Below, piece after piece: positions 36,798 to 48,689 of a DNA stretch of 64,000 bases. Every line of letters starts with the position of its first letter. Within the stretch, counting starts at the first letter, position 1. The notes beneath the pieces were generated by a model that ran no database searches, had not been told where the DNA came from, and saw only the letters and a program-made list of their open reading frames with translations. Location of the stretch: positions 15,066,001-15,130,000 of the forward strand of contig CP075495.1 in the NCBI GenBank assembly GCA_021613535.1, given 5' to 3'. Origin of the DNA: Adineta vaga. Its lineage: Eukaryota > Animalia > Rotifera. The position numbers were made by a program, and so were the translations under genes.

Positions 36798-39365
36798 TTA
36801 TTGCGTTGATGCACCTCGTCTGATATAGAAAAGAAGATAAGCATCTCGTGAAACAATATCATCTTGAAAATAATTTGTATCGACAAATGGATCATCGAAT
36901 TTATACCAAGAACTTTTCCTATTTGCTTCATGTTGTGCATATGCAATATAATGACCACCGTAGATTGAACCAATATGTTTAGTAACAGCAAATAAATCAT
37001 AAATAGCTTGTTTTGGTGAAGATAAGAATTGACTTAAATCAAGTCCTTGAATAGGATAATCAACAAAGGTGTCGATTTTTTCTCGAAATCCATCTTTATG
37101 TGAAAATCGTTTTAATTGAATGATAAGAATTTGTGGAAGACGAAAGAATTGCAATTGTTTTGTAGCTTTTGTATCCTTTTTACATGTCTCTTGTTGACAA
37201 AACCATGAATCTTCAAGTTTTTCAAGTGAACAAAATTCTCGAAGACAACCATCCAAAGTCAATGGTTTCGCTTTTTGATTATAATTTCTATACGGTGCAC
37301 TACCCGTGAAAGAGTCTTGTTCAATAAGAAGTACTTCATTGACAGCTAATTGACTTAATGGTGTATCCAAATCAAGTGTTCCTTCATCGGTCATTATTAA
37401 GATAGCATAAAAAAAACAATATGAGATTCGAGATTCAATATAAGCTTGTAAAAGATCCTTAACTTGACCATTTTCAGGCACATGTACAGTTCTTACATCT
37501 CTTTCACCATTTTTTTCAATAAATGTTATTTGAAATTGACGACCCGATTGAATAAGTGGTAATGGTAAAATACTAATTGGATTAGTTGTTTTTACGGCAT
37601 GCCCACATTCAGTACATGTTATAGTTGATTCAATTATTCCAAAAAATAATTCTTCAATGATAGTACTTGAATCATTACCATGTTTTTCTTTCATTTCTTT
37701 ATGAATTTCATCAAGAAGAAATATTAAAAATTCTTGAGCATCTTGCTGATCCATTGTAGCAAATCGTGGTGCTCGAACACCAATTGTTTCTTTCATCTGA
37801 TCTGGACAGAATGCTGAGAGATACGAAGAAGAAGAAGAAGAAGAAGAAAAACTTCGTTTTGGTAACCATAAATTCTGTATGACATTAGCAAAAGCTCCTG
37901 TTACTGAACCAACGTCATAGAATGGATTCCAATCAGGTTCAATAGCTTTACTGTCCACCGAACTGTTTTCAGCTAGACCATTTAAAAAGAATTGTGTTAA
38001 TGGTGCTACATGAGCAAGACATTGTAGTGCACTATTCATGTAACAAGTATTCCCGATATTGCGCAATCCAATAGGCGAATCATTAAATCTTCGATTTGTT
38101 GTCGATAATTCATTGGTAAGAGTAGATTTTTTGAAATATCTATCATTGTTGTCAGATAGTCGAATAGGCGTTAAGTTCATGAGTTTAATAGTAACTACAT
38201 CACCAGATTGTATGCCATAAGTTGATAAACGTCGATGTGGTTCATCATTCGTAAAAGATTTCGATCCACATAAGAATTGAAATCGAGATGATGAATTAAT
38301 TTCTTTATGACATTGAAGAAGTGTAATAACTTCAGTTACAGTGTTATTTACGGAAGCTTTAGTTGTAAATGAATCAAATTCAGAAACGTGGCATGAAATA
38401 ATCACTTCATTTGGTCGTTGTTTCGTAATCAATGACGTCGATTTTATCGTCGAATCATTTCGAGTATTTGAAAGTAATGAAGGATGTCCTGAATATGCTA
38501 GACGAAGAGTAGCATAGATAGTCTGACCAGGTTTAACACCATAATCACAAAGCATTTGATGTGGATTATTTTGATTGATTATTTTATGCATACGATCATA
38601 TAATACGAAATCAAGTAGAAGACAACCCTTTAATCGCTTTTCGATTTGAATCTTTAATTCGTTAATCGATGTTATAAACGAAACATCCAAAAATAGATTT
38701 CCATTTGTATGAGCACAATCAACACGAACTGTTGATGTTATTGGAGAAGATGATTCAATAGTTTGAACAAAAATAGTATCATTAGTAAGTCCTAATGTTG
38801 ATAATAATTTATCTGAATCTGCAATAAGATTGAGTTCAGTATCATACATCGTTAAGAGATGTATCTGTTCACGTTCTATTGATTGTAATGAAAATACTTC
38901 GATAACATACTCAAATAACATTTGCAATGTTGTTACATTTTTATTCCATTTGAAAAGTGTTTTTGTTCGACAATCTGGTGCAATTATTGTTAAATACGAA
39001 AGTCCTGATGATATAGAACTCGTCGATGATTCAAAATAAAGAATATCATTTTCCTTAATTTTCAAATCATCTAACGTCTTGTATTTATTATCTGAAGGTA
39101 CATTTCTACGTTGATTTCCAGAAACTATTTTAACTAGTGAAATGTCTGTTGACAGAATGTCTTTAATAGGTAGAATTTGTAGAAATTTTCTAATAACATC
39201 AGAAATAGTTTCCAGTGATGAAATTGTCAGAACTGCACAATTTACCGTGCTATTATGATTATTTTTGAATTGAATTTGAATAGTTAAATCGAATAATGAT
39301 ACATCATTTCGAATAGGTTCTATTATGGTAAGATCGCCGATTCTCGACATACGTCCTTGAGACAT
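36798..39365 (-). CDS. Ubiquitin-specific protease (C19) with N-terminal ubiquitin-like domains
   Basis: GLRNIGNTCYMNSALQCL, QQDAQEFL, LKRF, HIGSIYGGHY and WYKFDD; about four Ubl-like units; intronless. Confidence 0.9.
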   Translation of the reverse strand: MSQGRMSRIGDLTIIEPIRNDVSLFDLTIQIQFKNNHNSTVNCAVLTISSLETISDVIRKFLQILPIKDILSTDISLVKIVSGNQRRNVPSDNKYKTLDDLKIKENDILYFESSTSSISSGLSYLTIIAPDCRTKTLFKWNKNVTTLQMLFEYVIEVFSLQSIEREQIHLLTMYDTELNLIADSDKLLSTLGLTNDTIFVQTIESSSPITSTVRVDCAHTNGNLFLDVSFITSINELKIQIEKRLKGCLLLDFVLYDRMHKIINQNNPHQMLCDYGVKPGQTIYATLRLAYSGHPSLLSNTRNDSTIKSTSLITKQRPNEVIISCHVSEFDSFTTKASVNNTVTEVITLLQCHKEINSSSRFQFLCGSKSFTNDEPHRRLSTYGIQSGDVVTIKLMNLTPIRLSDNNDRYFKKSTLTNELSTTNRRFNDSPIGLRNIGNTCYMNSALQCLAHVAPLTQFFLNGLAENSSVDSKAIEPDWNPFYDVGSVTGAFANVIQNLWLPKRSFSSSSSSSSYLSAFCPDQMKETIGVRAPRFATMDQQDAQEFLIFLLDEIHKEMKEKHGNDSSTIIEELFFGIIESTITCTECGHAVKTTNPISILPLPLIQSGRQFQITFIEKNGERDVRTVHVPENGQVKDLLQAYIESRISYCFFYAILIMTDEGTLDLDTPLSQLAVNEVLLIEQDSFTGSAPYRNYNQKAKPLTLDGCLREFCSLEKLEDSWFCQQETCKKDTKATKQLQFFRLPQILIIQLKRFSHKDGFREKIDTFVDYPIQGLDLSQFLSSPKQAIYDLFAVTKHIGSIYGGHYIAYAQHEANRKSSWYKFDDPFVDTNYFQDDIVSRDAYLLFYIRRGASTQ

Positions 39366-40782
39366 AATAAGATTAATGAAAAATTTCAAATTTTAATTTC
39401 ATTCGAAAAATTTATTCATCTAAAATCACATCAAAAAGAAAAATTGTCATTCCGTAAATGTAATGTAACATACAAGAAATGCTTAAGTGTTGACTCATAT
39501 AAACCTCACTTTTATTACCTGTAAATGAAATACTTGATATGCAAAGATTACCTGATACTTATACTGATTTACACATTTCTAGTGAAATAAAATCATTGTT
39601 TCTTTGTTTTTCATACTTGTAGTATTCGTTGTCTTCGTCTACTTCTTTTTTCTTCTATGTGCATTATAAAAAAGATTTGATGTCATCGACAACAACAAAA
39701 GAATGAAGTTTGAAAAGAATGGCAACAGTAGGATGTAGAAAAAAAGAAAGAAACAAATTTATCGTCTCGTATTTTTCTTTCTTGCTCTGCGTTTGTTCGT
39801 CTTCGTCTAACGAAAGTTTTTCATAACTCATACGTGTTATTTTTGTCTTTTGACTCATTTTATAGTTATCCTAAATGAAAATTCTTGTTATTTTTTCTGT
39901 CCAACATAAGATCTCAAAAATTGATATTTCATCAACAAGTTTCCTAAATATGTAAGTCGCTTTCTTATTTCTGAAAATCATCGTTTCATATCAAGCAAAA
40001 GTTTGTATGATATAAATCTGAAACGTATACACTGGTTTGATGATTTATTTAGTTGTTCTTTTCCTTCTGTAAGTGTAAGGATGAGTAAATTAAAGTCACT
40101 TCTTTTGTACTATCAGAAAAAAGATCTGATGTCATCAAGCGACATCTATTCCATTGATCTTCTTGCCATTTTTTGATTAGTACGATGGTTGTCGAGACAA
40201 AAATCTGTTTATTTGATAAAAAAAATGGTAAAACTTTGACTGACGTTTGAATAATTTATTTACTTTTTCTGTTCTTTTTTTCTTCTTTTTGGAGCACTAC
40301 AATCTAAAAATTCAATATAATTACAAACTTTTCTTTTCTTTTCTTTTTTTTCTTCTTCTTCACTAACAATATTTTCACGACAAAAGTACCCGTTTTCATC
40401 AGTTTGTCAATTAAAACGCAACATTTTCCTTTCCATACTGATCAGTACAGGTAAATAACTATCTGTATTGTATATTCAAAAATCATCTGTCCGTATCATC
40501 AACACAAGGAGAAACCCTGTCGGAAGGTTATCGAACATTCGTCGTCGACGATGAAAAAAAGAAAGACAAACTATTTAAGTTTATTTGCTGTAGGAGACGT
40601 ACAAAAAAAACCTGACTAAGAGAAAGAGAGAAAAAGAGAACGACCGTGATCATAAGCATACATGTTTTGTATGATATACTCATTTTATACACATTTTCTA
40701 CCCTCTATTTCAAAGGATTTTACTCGTTAATATCGACTGTACGACAAAATTCTTTTTTCTTCTAGATTGTTTTGATTTCATC

Positions 40783-43700
40783 ATGAATTTATTTCTTATC
40801 GTTTTATCATTAATTCTCTTCAATGGAAATTTAATTTTCGGAGCGAATGATGATGAATTAGAGGCGATTGATGTTTTAGCAACATTGAAAAGTTCATCGC
40901 CAACTTGTGATCTTCATTTTTTTGTTAAAAATGAAAATGATTTCAAAGCATTGAACAGCGATTTAGCAAAACTTTGTCCAGCATCAGGATCTAAAAAGCA
41001 ATGTCGGATCTTATGTAATATGGTCGCTTATGAATTGAAAAAAGCTTGTAAACTCGATGAGAAATTACGTCCATCAAAAGTCATATATACAAATAAAATG
41101 ACAGCACAAGAAATATGTAATTTAAAAAATATTCAATTGACTAATCAATGGATATTCAAAGCAATTACAAATAATGAAGAAAAACAAATTGGTGTCACGG
41201 CAAAAGATTTATGCACCAAAGTCACAAGTGACGAAGATGCACTTCCATTAGCAAGATTTTTTTACAAGGCAGCAACCCGTGTAAGACAATCGGAGCTTTC
41301 AAAAACAGCTACTAGTAAGTTGAAATCAATATCTGATAAAAAATATATGAGACATTCATAAAAAAAAAAGAAAACATGCTTCGAATGTCTGGAATCATTC
41401 GGAATTTAAGTTTTGGGTCAAATACATTTCATTTTCTCATGATTTTTAAAGAAAATTCCATTTCAAATATAATCATTTGTTTTTAGATGATGCAAAATCC
41501 AATTCAAGTAAACAAACATTGGGTGAATCGGTTTCCAATGCAGTCAAAGAAGCTAAAGATGCTGTTGTTGACGCAGCTACTGCACTTAAAGATAAAACAA
41601 AAGAGGCTCTTACTGGTGCCAAAGATAAAGTCGATGAAACCGTCGAAGCAGCGAAAGACAAAGCGAAAGATATTAAAGATAAAACTTCTGATGTTGTTGA
41701 TGATGCCAAAGACAAATTGGTTGCCGGTGGTAAAAGTCTTAGCAAGAAAATCAATGAAACTGCCAAAAATGTACGAGATAAAGTCGCAGAGACTGGTGAT
41801 AACATTGGCGAAAAAACAAAGGAAGCTGTTTCAAGTGGAAAAAGTAAAACTGTTCAAGCTTTGGATAAGGCAAGAGATGAAGCTGGTGCCGCTGCTGATG
41901 CCATGAAAGAAAGACTTAGTGGCGAAGGTGAAGCTGCAAAAGACAAAGCTGATGACGATGATGATAAAGTTAAAACAAAAACCGATGATAATAACGATGA
42001 TGATGATGATACTGCTGCTGCTGACAAAAAGAAAAGCAGAACAAATACTGATGATGATAATGATAATGACAAAGTTGATGAAGGAACAAATGATGGCAAG
42101 AAGAAAAATGAAGGAATAATTGATGGTGGAAAAAAAGTTTTATCGAATATTGGTAAGAAAAGAGAAGATTTTGTTATTTTTATTTTTCTTTCTTTTTTTC
42201 CAGGCAATGCAACAAAGGAAGGTCTCAAGAAAGCAAAAGAACTTGGTGAAAAAATTGTTAATGCAACTGTTGATGCAGTTAAACCTGCTGGTAAAAAATA
42301 ATTATTCATAAAAAGAACTTGTTAATCGATTTATTCTTTAGATGGAAAAGATCAAAAAGTTTTAGATGTAAAACCAGTCAAAAAACCAGAACCAAATGAT
42401 GATGATGATGATGATGATGAAGAAAAAAAAGATGTAAATGATAATACAAATAATAAACCAAAAGATGGTGAACAAAGTATGACTAATTTTGATTTATCTT
42501 AAATTTTATTATCTAATTTAGACAAACAAATTGGAAAACCAGCTGAACCAAAAGGTATGTTTTACATTTCATTTCTTCATTTTATTCGAGAAATTACAAA
42601 AATCCTGATAAAAATGAGTTTCCTTTGAGTTGAGCATTCAGTTTTGATGAATAAGAATTTGTATTCTCGATTAATTCTATTTATAAAATTTAGATAATAC
42701 TGAAACTTCAATATCTCGTAAGTTTTCATCGATTGATTTAATTCTCTCTCTCTCTTAATCATCTCTCTTCATAATTTAAAAAATATAAAGCAGTTGGTAA
42801 TACAACAGTAGTCATAGGAGTAGCAACGTTGAATAAAACATCCGATGTTATTGCTCCTAATGGTAAATTTCATCCATTAAAATCGAATTCAATCTCGATG
42901 TTATTATTTTTTTCTGTCTCTCTCTCTCTTTCTCAGCAATTGATTTGAATCCACAGAAAATCAATGATACTGGTAACAATGGTTTTGCACTATGATTTAA
43001 TAGTTAATTTGTGATTCTCTTTTTCAAATATCACATGCGTTTCTTCTCCGCTTAGTTTTATTGCTTCTTCTTTCTTTGCAACATCTTTTCTGTTGCAAAG
43101 ACTACGATTAATTTCCTACATATAAATAAAACTTTATTAATCTATTTCATTTCTTGCTTTTTTTAGCTAAGAAACCAACGGATACAAACAAAGATAAAGT
43201 TCAAGATCCAGATGATGACGACGAAGGTGAAGAGAAAGTATCTGATGATGGTGCACGAAATCAACTCAATGAACAGAATAAAAAAGATTCGAAAATCTCT
43301 CCAAATACACAAGATAAAACAGGTTTGTTGAAATCGAATCTCTTAGTTTTTTCTTATAATCAATATAGGAAGTAATGAACCTGTATCTCATGATGATTAT
43401 GATGCAGCTCTTACACCTGCCAATCAAAATGAGTTAGAAAATCCACCTAACAACAACGAAGATGAAGAATATCAAGGTTTCATTGAAATTTAAAAAAAAA
43501 CGAATCAGAGCATGATTTGTTTTTCTTGTCTATTTATTCATCTCAGTGTTTTATCCAAATCTAAATAGAAAGCCTTCTCTTTTTCTGCTTTGGTATTAGA
43601 TAAAACACTGACCTATCCCCTTAGTTGAAATGTATCTTGAAAGGAATGCTTATTTCAATGTGTTATCTGTTTATTGCTAACTAAACTAATCTTTTTTAAA

Positions 43701-44715
43701 GATTTGTTTATGTTTTACTCAAAGAAGATTTTCTCATTTTTCTTTGTCTTTTAGGTTTAAATAAAGATGGAGATGAAATAGAGTTTAAAAAAACAGCTGA
43801 CACAAGTAAATAGATATTCAAATCGTTTTTTATTTTCATCGAATAAATAAATTCGTTTTTTAAATCATTTAGAAGACTCTCGTAATCAACAGCCCAAAGG
43901 AGGTATGTTTGATCTCTCAAAGACTATTTCATCTGATTTATTTTCTTTCAGATGCTAGTAAAATCAAAACACGACCAAGTAAGCAATTATTTACTTAATC
44001 ATTGTTTAATGTTAAAACAATTCTTCTTTTAGAATTAACACCAAGTCGTAAATATAGTGGTGATGATGGTTGGTCGGGCAATTTCATAACTTACTTCCTT
44101 CTATTTACTTTATTTGTTGTTGTTGGCTATTTGGTTTTACATAATAAGAACAAAGTAGGCGGCTAGTTTTTTTATTTTAATGCTTTTATTTCCAAAGAAT
44201 GAAAGAGAATAGAAGACGGACGTTGTTGTTTTTCTCTTTTCTAATGATTCTTTTAGGTTTTGGGCTTATTAATCGAAGGTTGTAGACGAAATCGTTCATC
44301 ACATGGTCGTCGTAATGGTAGCAGTTCGAGTTCAACACGTTATCAACGTTTATCTCAGTCATCCTAGATAAAAAAAAATAATAATTTAAAAAAAAGAAAA
44401 ATCAACGTCCGTCTTCAAATCTCTTTTCAAATTTGTCTTTGTCTCTCTGTATTCTCTCTTTAACGAATATTGTACCCTTAATTGCTTCTTTGTATTTGCT
44501 TTCCAATTTGTATTTGTCGTTTTTTTCATTGTTTTTCTTTTTCTTTTCTCAAGTTAATGGCATATGCTCTCGAAGGTAGTCGATCAAGTGGAAAACGTAC
44601 TGGTAGTCGACCATCTCATCGTGGTTATGAAAAATTAAAAAATATTAATGATATCATACCAATTGATGATACAAATCCAGTATCAGATAAAGATACTGTT
44701 ATCTTAAAAGCTTAA
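40783..44715 (+). CDS. TGN38/TGN46-like type I membrane protein with LEA-like repeats; two alternative last exons
   Basis: Signal peptide, Cys-rich domain, A/K/D-rich 11-mer repeats and acidic stretches. TM NFITYFLLFTLFVVVGYLVLHNKNK. Tails VLGLLIEG...YQRL (44257-44367) or LMAYALEG...YEKL (44554-44715). Confidence 0.78.
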
Positions 44716-45283
44716 ATTAAATTATTTCAATTGTTTTTCTTCGTATTGAACAGAAAACATACATACATACATACATACACACAAACAAAAACAAACTGTG
44801 ATTAAATCTTCTTTTCATTTATCGTGTGTTTTTTTTCTTGTTGGTCTTTCAAAAAATTTTTTCCTTTTGGTTTTTGTTTGGTATTTATCTCTCTCTTTTT
44901 TTTGATTATTCTCATTGTTTTCTCACGCATCTAGTTCAAGCTTATTGTTCTCGTAGAAATTCAACGTTTGGTCTTATGGAGTTATTACTATTATTACCAA
45001 TCACATCGTCTTTGTTCGTTGGTTTAAGTTATATGTAACAAAAGAAATAAAAATATTCTCTTTCTGAACAAATTTATTCGTTTCAGTAGGAATTCTGTTG
45101 TTCATAAACTTTTTTTTTCTTTAATGTATAAGTCGTTTTAAGATTATGATAGTTTTCATCTGACGATGAAGGTTATTGAAAAGGAAAATTAAAGCGACAT
45201 GCATCGTTAGTAACGAATCTTTTATAATGATAAAAAGAAGCTAACCTTGATCTACTCGATGATTATATTTGCAAATAACATTA

Positions 45284-46225
45284 TTTCATGAGAAAGCAGC
45301 AGCAGCAGTTCCATTTCTAATTGAATTTGATAATGAAACACGTAAAGGTATTACTCGATTTCGTCTCCAATTTTTCATAACCATATTTTTCAATTGTGGT
45401 GTCATCAAAACCATCAATATACTCAATATTACCATAGAAATATCTGTCGATAACCATGTAATTCTATAACTAAAATATTAACAATAACGAGAATACGTTT
45501 TATAATTAATAAATCTCTTTCTTGTCGACGTTTGGTTGCAATTGTTTGATTATTTACTTGTTGACGAATGAATCTAATAATAAGTACATAGATTATTGAT
45601 AAACATATTAGAGAAGTTCCAAAATTGACAGTCCGTGTCCAAACTGTCGCACGAATATTTTTGAATGGAGCATAACAATAATGTTCATTTGGTAAATAAA
45701 TAATATCTTGCCAAATAAGTAAAGGACATAGAAAAATCAAACCAAGAAATAATTGAATAGGAACTGCAATGATATATAACCAAGAGAATTGAAGTGATTG
45801 GTGTGAAAAATACACAATACGACTAAAACGAAAAAATGCCTATTTGAAAAAACGTTTTTCCAGTAAAAATCTTCATGTCATTTGCTTACTTGAACTACAA
45901 AAGCATTGTATAAAGCAGATAGCATTACAGATACAAAATAACCTCGTAATTTACACCAAATTGAATCAAAATTTTGTTCAACAAGATCATCTACGATTGT
46001 ATAAATATTAAGCATGACTAATGTTATTGAATATAAAAAGATTAATAGATAAATATTAGCAGAAAGAATAAGAGTAATTCTTGTCTCATGTTTCATTCGA
46101 TCTTTATAATAATGATAAATAATTAGAATGAAAACTAACATAGAAATAATACATGCAATTGAACCATGAATAAGTGCAATGAAACTTATTACGAATGCAC
46201 TGATAGAATTAGAGATATTGCTCAT
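45284..46225 (-). pseudogene. Class A GPCR-like gene, frameshifted in TM6
   Basis: Two exons (WCKLRGYF; AFFRFSRIVY; HYCY; QERDL). TM7 (WLSTDISMVILSILMVLMTPQLK) lies in another frame. Confidence 0.65.
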
Positions 46226-46669
46226 GTTTTAATGCATTTGCAACTAGAAATGATGTCTTTTATATATGAAAAAGTTTTGTTTTATAATAAAATGTCTACA
46301 CGAGAATAATATCTGTATGTCAGATATAATGGACGTCATGTGAATATCCGACAACAGCAGATTTAGAGACCATTGAAATGTTGATGATGTATTGTTTACA
46401 TTATTTTTATATATTTTCTTATTCAAATAAGATACTAGAAGTAATGTCCAACGCGATTGTAGAATTTCCTTTTTTTTACGATCGTTTTTAACTGACAATA
46501 TGATTTGTATTCATTTATCTTAAATATGAATGCGTATGAAACAATCAAACTATACAGTATTCAAACAACAATTGTATTTCATCATGATAAATCATGCAGA
46601 ACATTGAAACAATATCGTCACGCATTTATACAGAAACAAATACAAAGGTAAAGTAAACACTAAATCCAT

Positions 46670-48300
46670 ATGGCCAAGGTATGTTATGATTTATGTTTTC
46701 TAAATGTACTTAATCTCAATATTTGAGAAAGAATAAATGAAGAGTTTATCACTAGATGAAGCACACTACGGATTCTATAACGTTTACTTAAATATTATTA
46801 TTGTTATTCCTAGGCTGCAAAAACTCGTGCACAAAGACAACAGCGAGGTGATTCTTTTCATCGTCCACCAACTCCTATTACCTTTGAACGTGTATTTTAT
46901 AATAGTAACTTAACAAATCAAATTAATAATCATCAGTATCCTTTCACTAAATCAGATGGTGAAAATCCACATTATTATTCAAATAAAACTAAAAATAAAT
47001 TCAATAATAATATCGATTTACGAAATGTAAAAGTTAATATTTCAATGGCTGCTATGAATTATGCTGTTCAACAATATCTTCCATCAATTCGTATTTGTTG
47101 TATACCAAAAATTTTTAATGATTCAATAGCCGAAGACTTAATTGATGAATTATTTGTATATATTGAAAAATATTTTCATGCTTTACATGAAGATTTTGAT
47201 TATCCATTAAATTTTGATTATTGGCATCTTGATCGAACAGGTGATATCGTTTGTTATACACGAAATATTGAATTATATGTTTATTTTTGTGATTCTCGAA
47301 ATTATCCATCATCATTAACAACAACAGATATTTTTATTCCTCCACCGAAACATTTACCGTGGCAACGAATGATTCGATTAAATTTTGTACCAAATTATAT
47401 AACATTGGAAGAAATTCAACATACATTATCTTTATATTTTCGATCTATATTTCATTTACAAGAAATTTTTAAAACACAAACACATCGTTGGCGACATTTA
47501 CAACTTGAACTTCTTTCAAAAAGAGAATATGAACAATTCGTTCATGATGGAGAAATTATGATTAATGCTCATTTAATTCATATAGAACCATTTGTTGCTC
47601 CATTACGTCTTCTTCTATGTTCGAAATGTAATGATCCAGGACATTTTAATTCAATTTGTGACTTTTATTATAATGCTTGTCCACGATGTGGAGAAGATCG
47701 AACAATTGGTAATCATCATAATTGTTCAATTTGTTGCCATCGATGTTTACAAGCACATCTTTCAACGAATCAACGTGTCCATATTTAGAAAAATATCGAC
47801 GTGCTCTTTATGTTCAAGTAGCCGAACAACGATATTTATTAACACCTAGTATTCGAACATTTATTCCGAAGGAACATCGAAGGGAATATCAGAAATATGA
47901 ACGTACTTCGAATAGAATTACTTTTATTGAAAATAACGATATATCAAAACGACAAATTTCTCCTGTATCATTCAATATCAATGATCATGTATGGTTAGAA
48001 TTGAGCAGAAAATCATTTGATAAACTTATTTTTCGATCAAACAAAAAGATACAAAGTGAACCTATTGAAACAAACAAAGTTGATAGTAGAGTAACGCAAA
48101 ATGTTATGGAAAATATAAAACCAACGAAGTCAATCGTTTCAGATCAAACAATACACTGCGAACAATGCTATAAACCATCGGATGAAATACAGGATGTTCA
48201 AAATACAGAACCAAATGAAAATCAAACACGAATTACATTTCGAGAAGCTTGCAATAATTTGTATAACGAAAATGACATGAATAACAGTGAAAGAAATTAA
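46670..48300 (+). CDS. Solo gag/LINE-ORF1-like zinc-knuckle protein (one frameshift near 47765)
   Basis: MAK|intron 46679-46813|open frame into 47045. CSKCNDPGHFNSIC (CCHC), CPRCG..H..C and CHRC...H. No RT downstream. Confidence 0.6.
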
Positions 48301-48689
48301 TTAATACGATAAATTATTCTTTTAATTATACATTGTTCTATAATATATTTTCATCGATTAGATACGACAATAAATACTCCATAGTTTATGAAATATTTGA
48401 GATATTTAAATATTCATTGACTATCTAATCATAAATAATGATTTGATTTGTACTCATATTGCCTATTTAGTGAGAATGAGTGAGTGTGGATGCTGCAGAA
48501 AATGTTATCTAGGAAACAGGACTAAACCGATAACGTCAGACCGGATTCTGTCGGAATCCGTTACTTAGGATTCAAGATTGTCTTTTGATCATTGTAATTA
48601 TTTGCATATTACCTATTTTCAATTTGTTTAATATAATAAACGAAACAGTAACAAAAATACGTGATTGAAAAAAGAAGGTTTATCACTAT

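Noticed and set aside
41473-42309. Antisense Ser-rich ORFs
   Set aside because: Mirror of the repetitive K/D/A sense exon.
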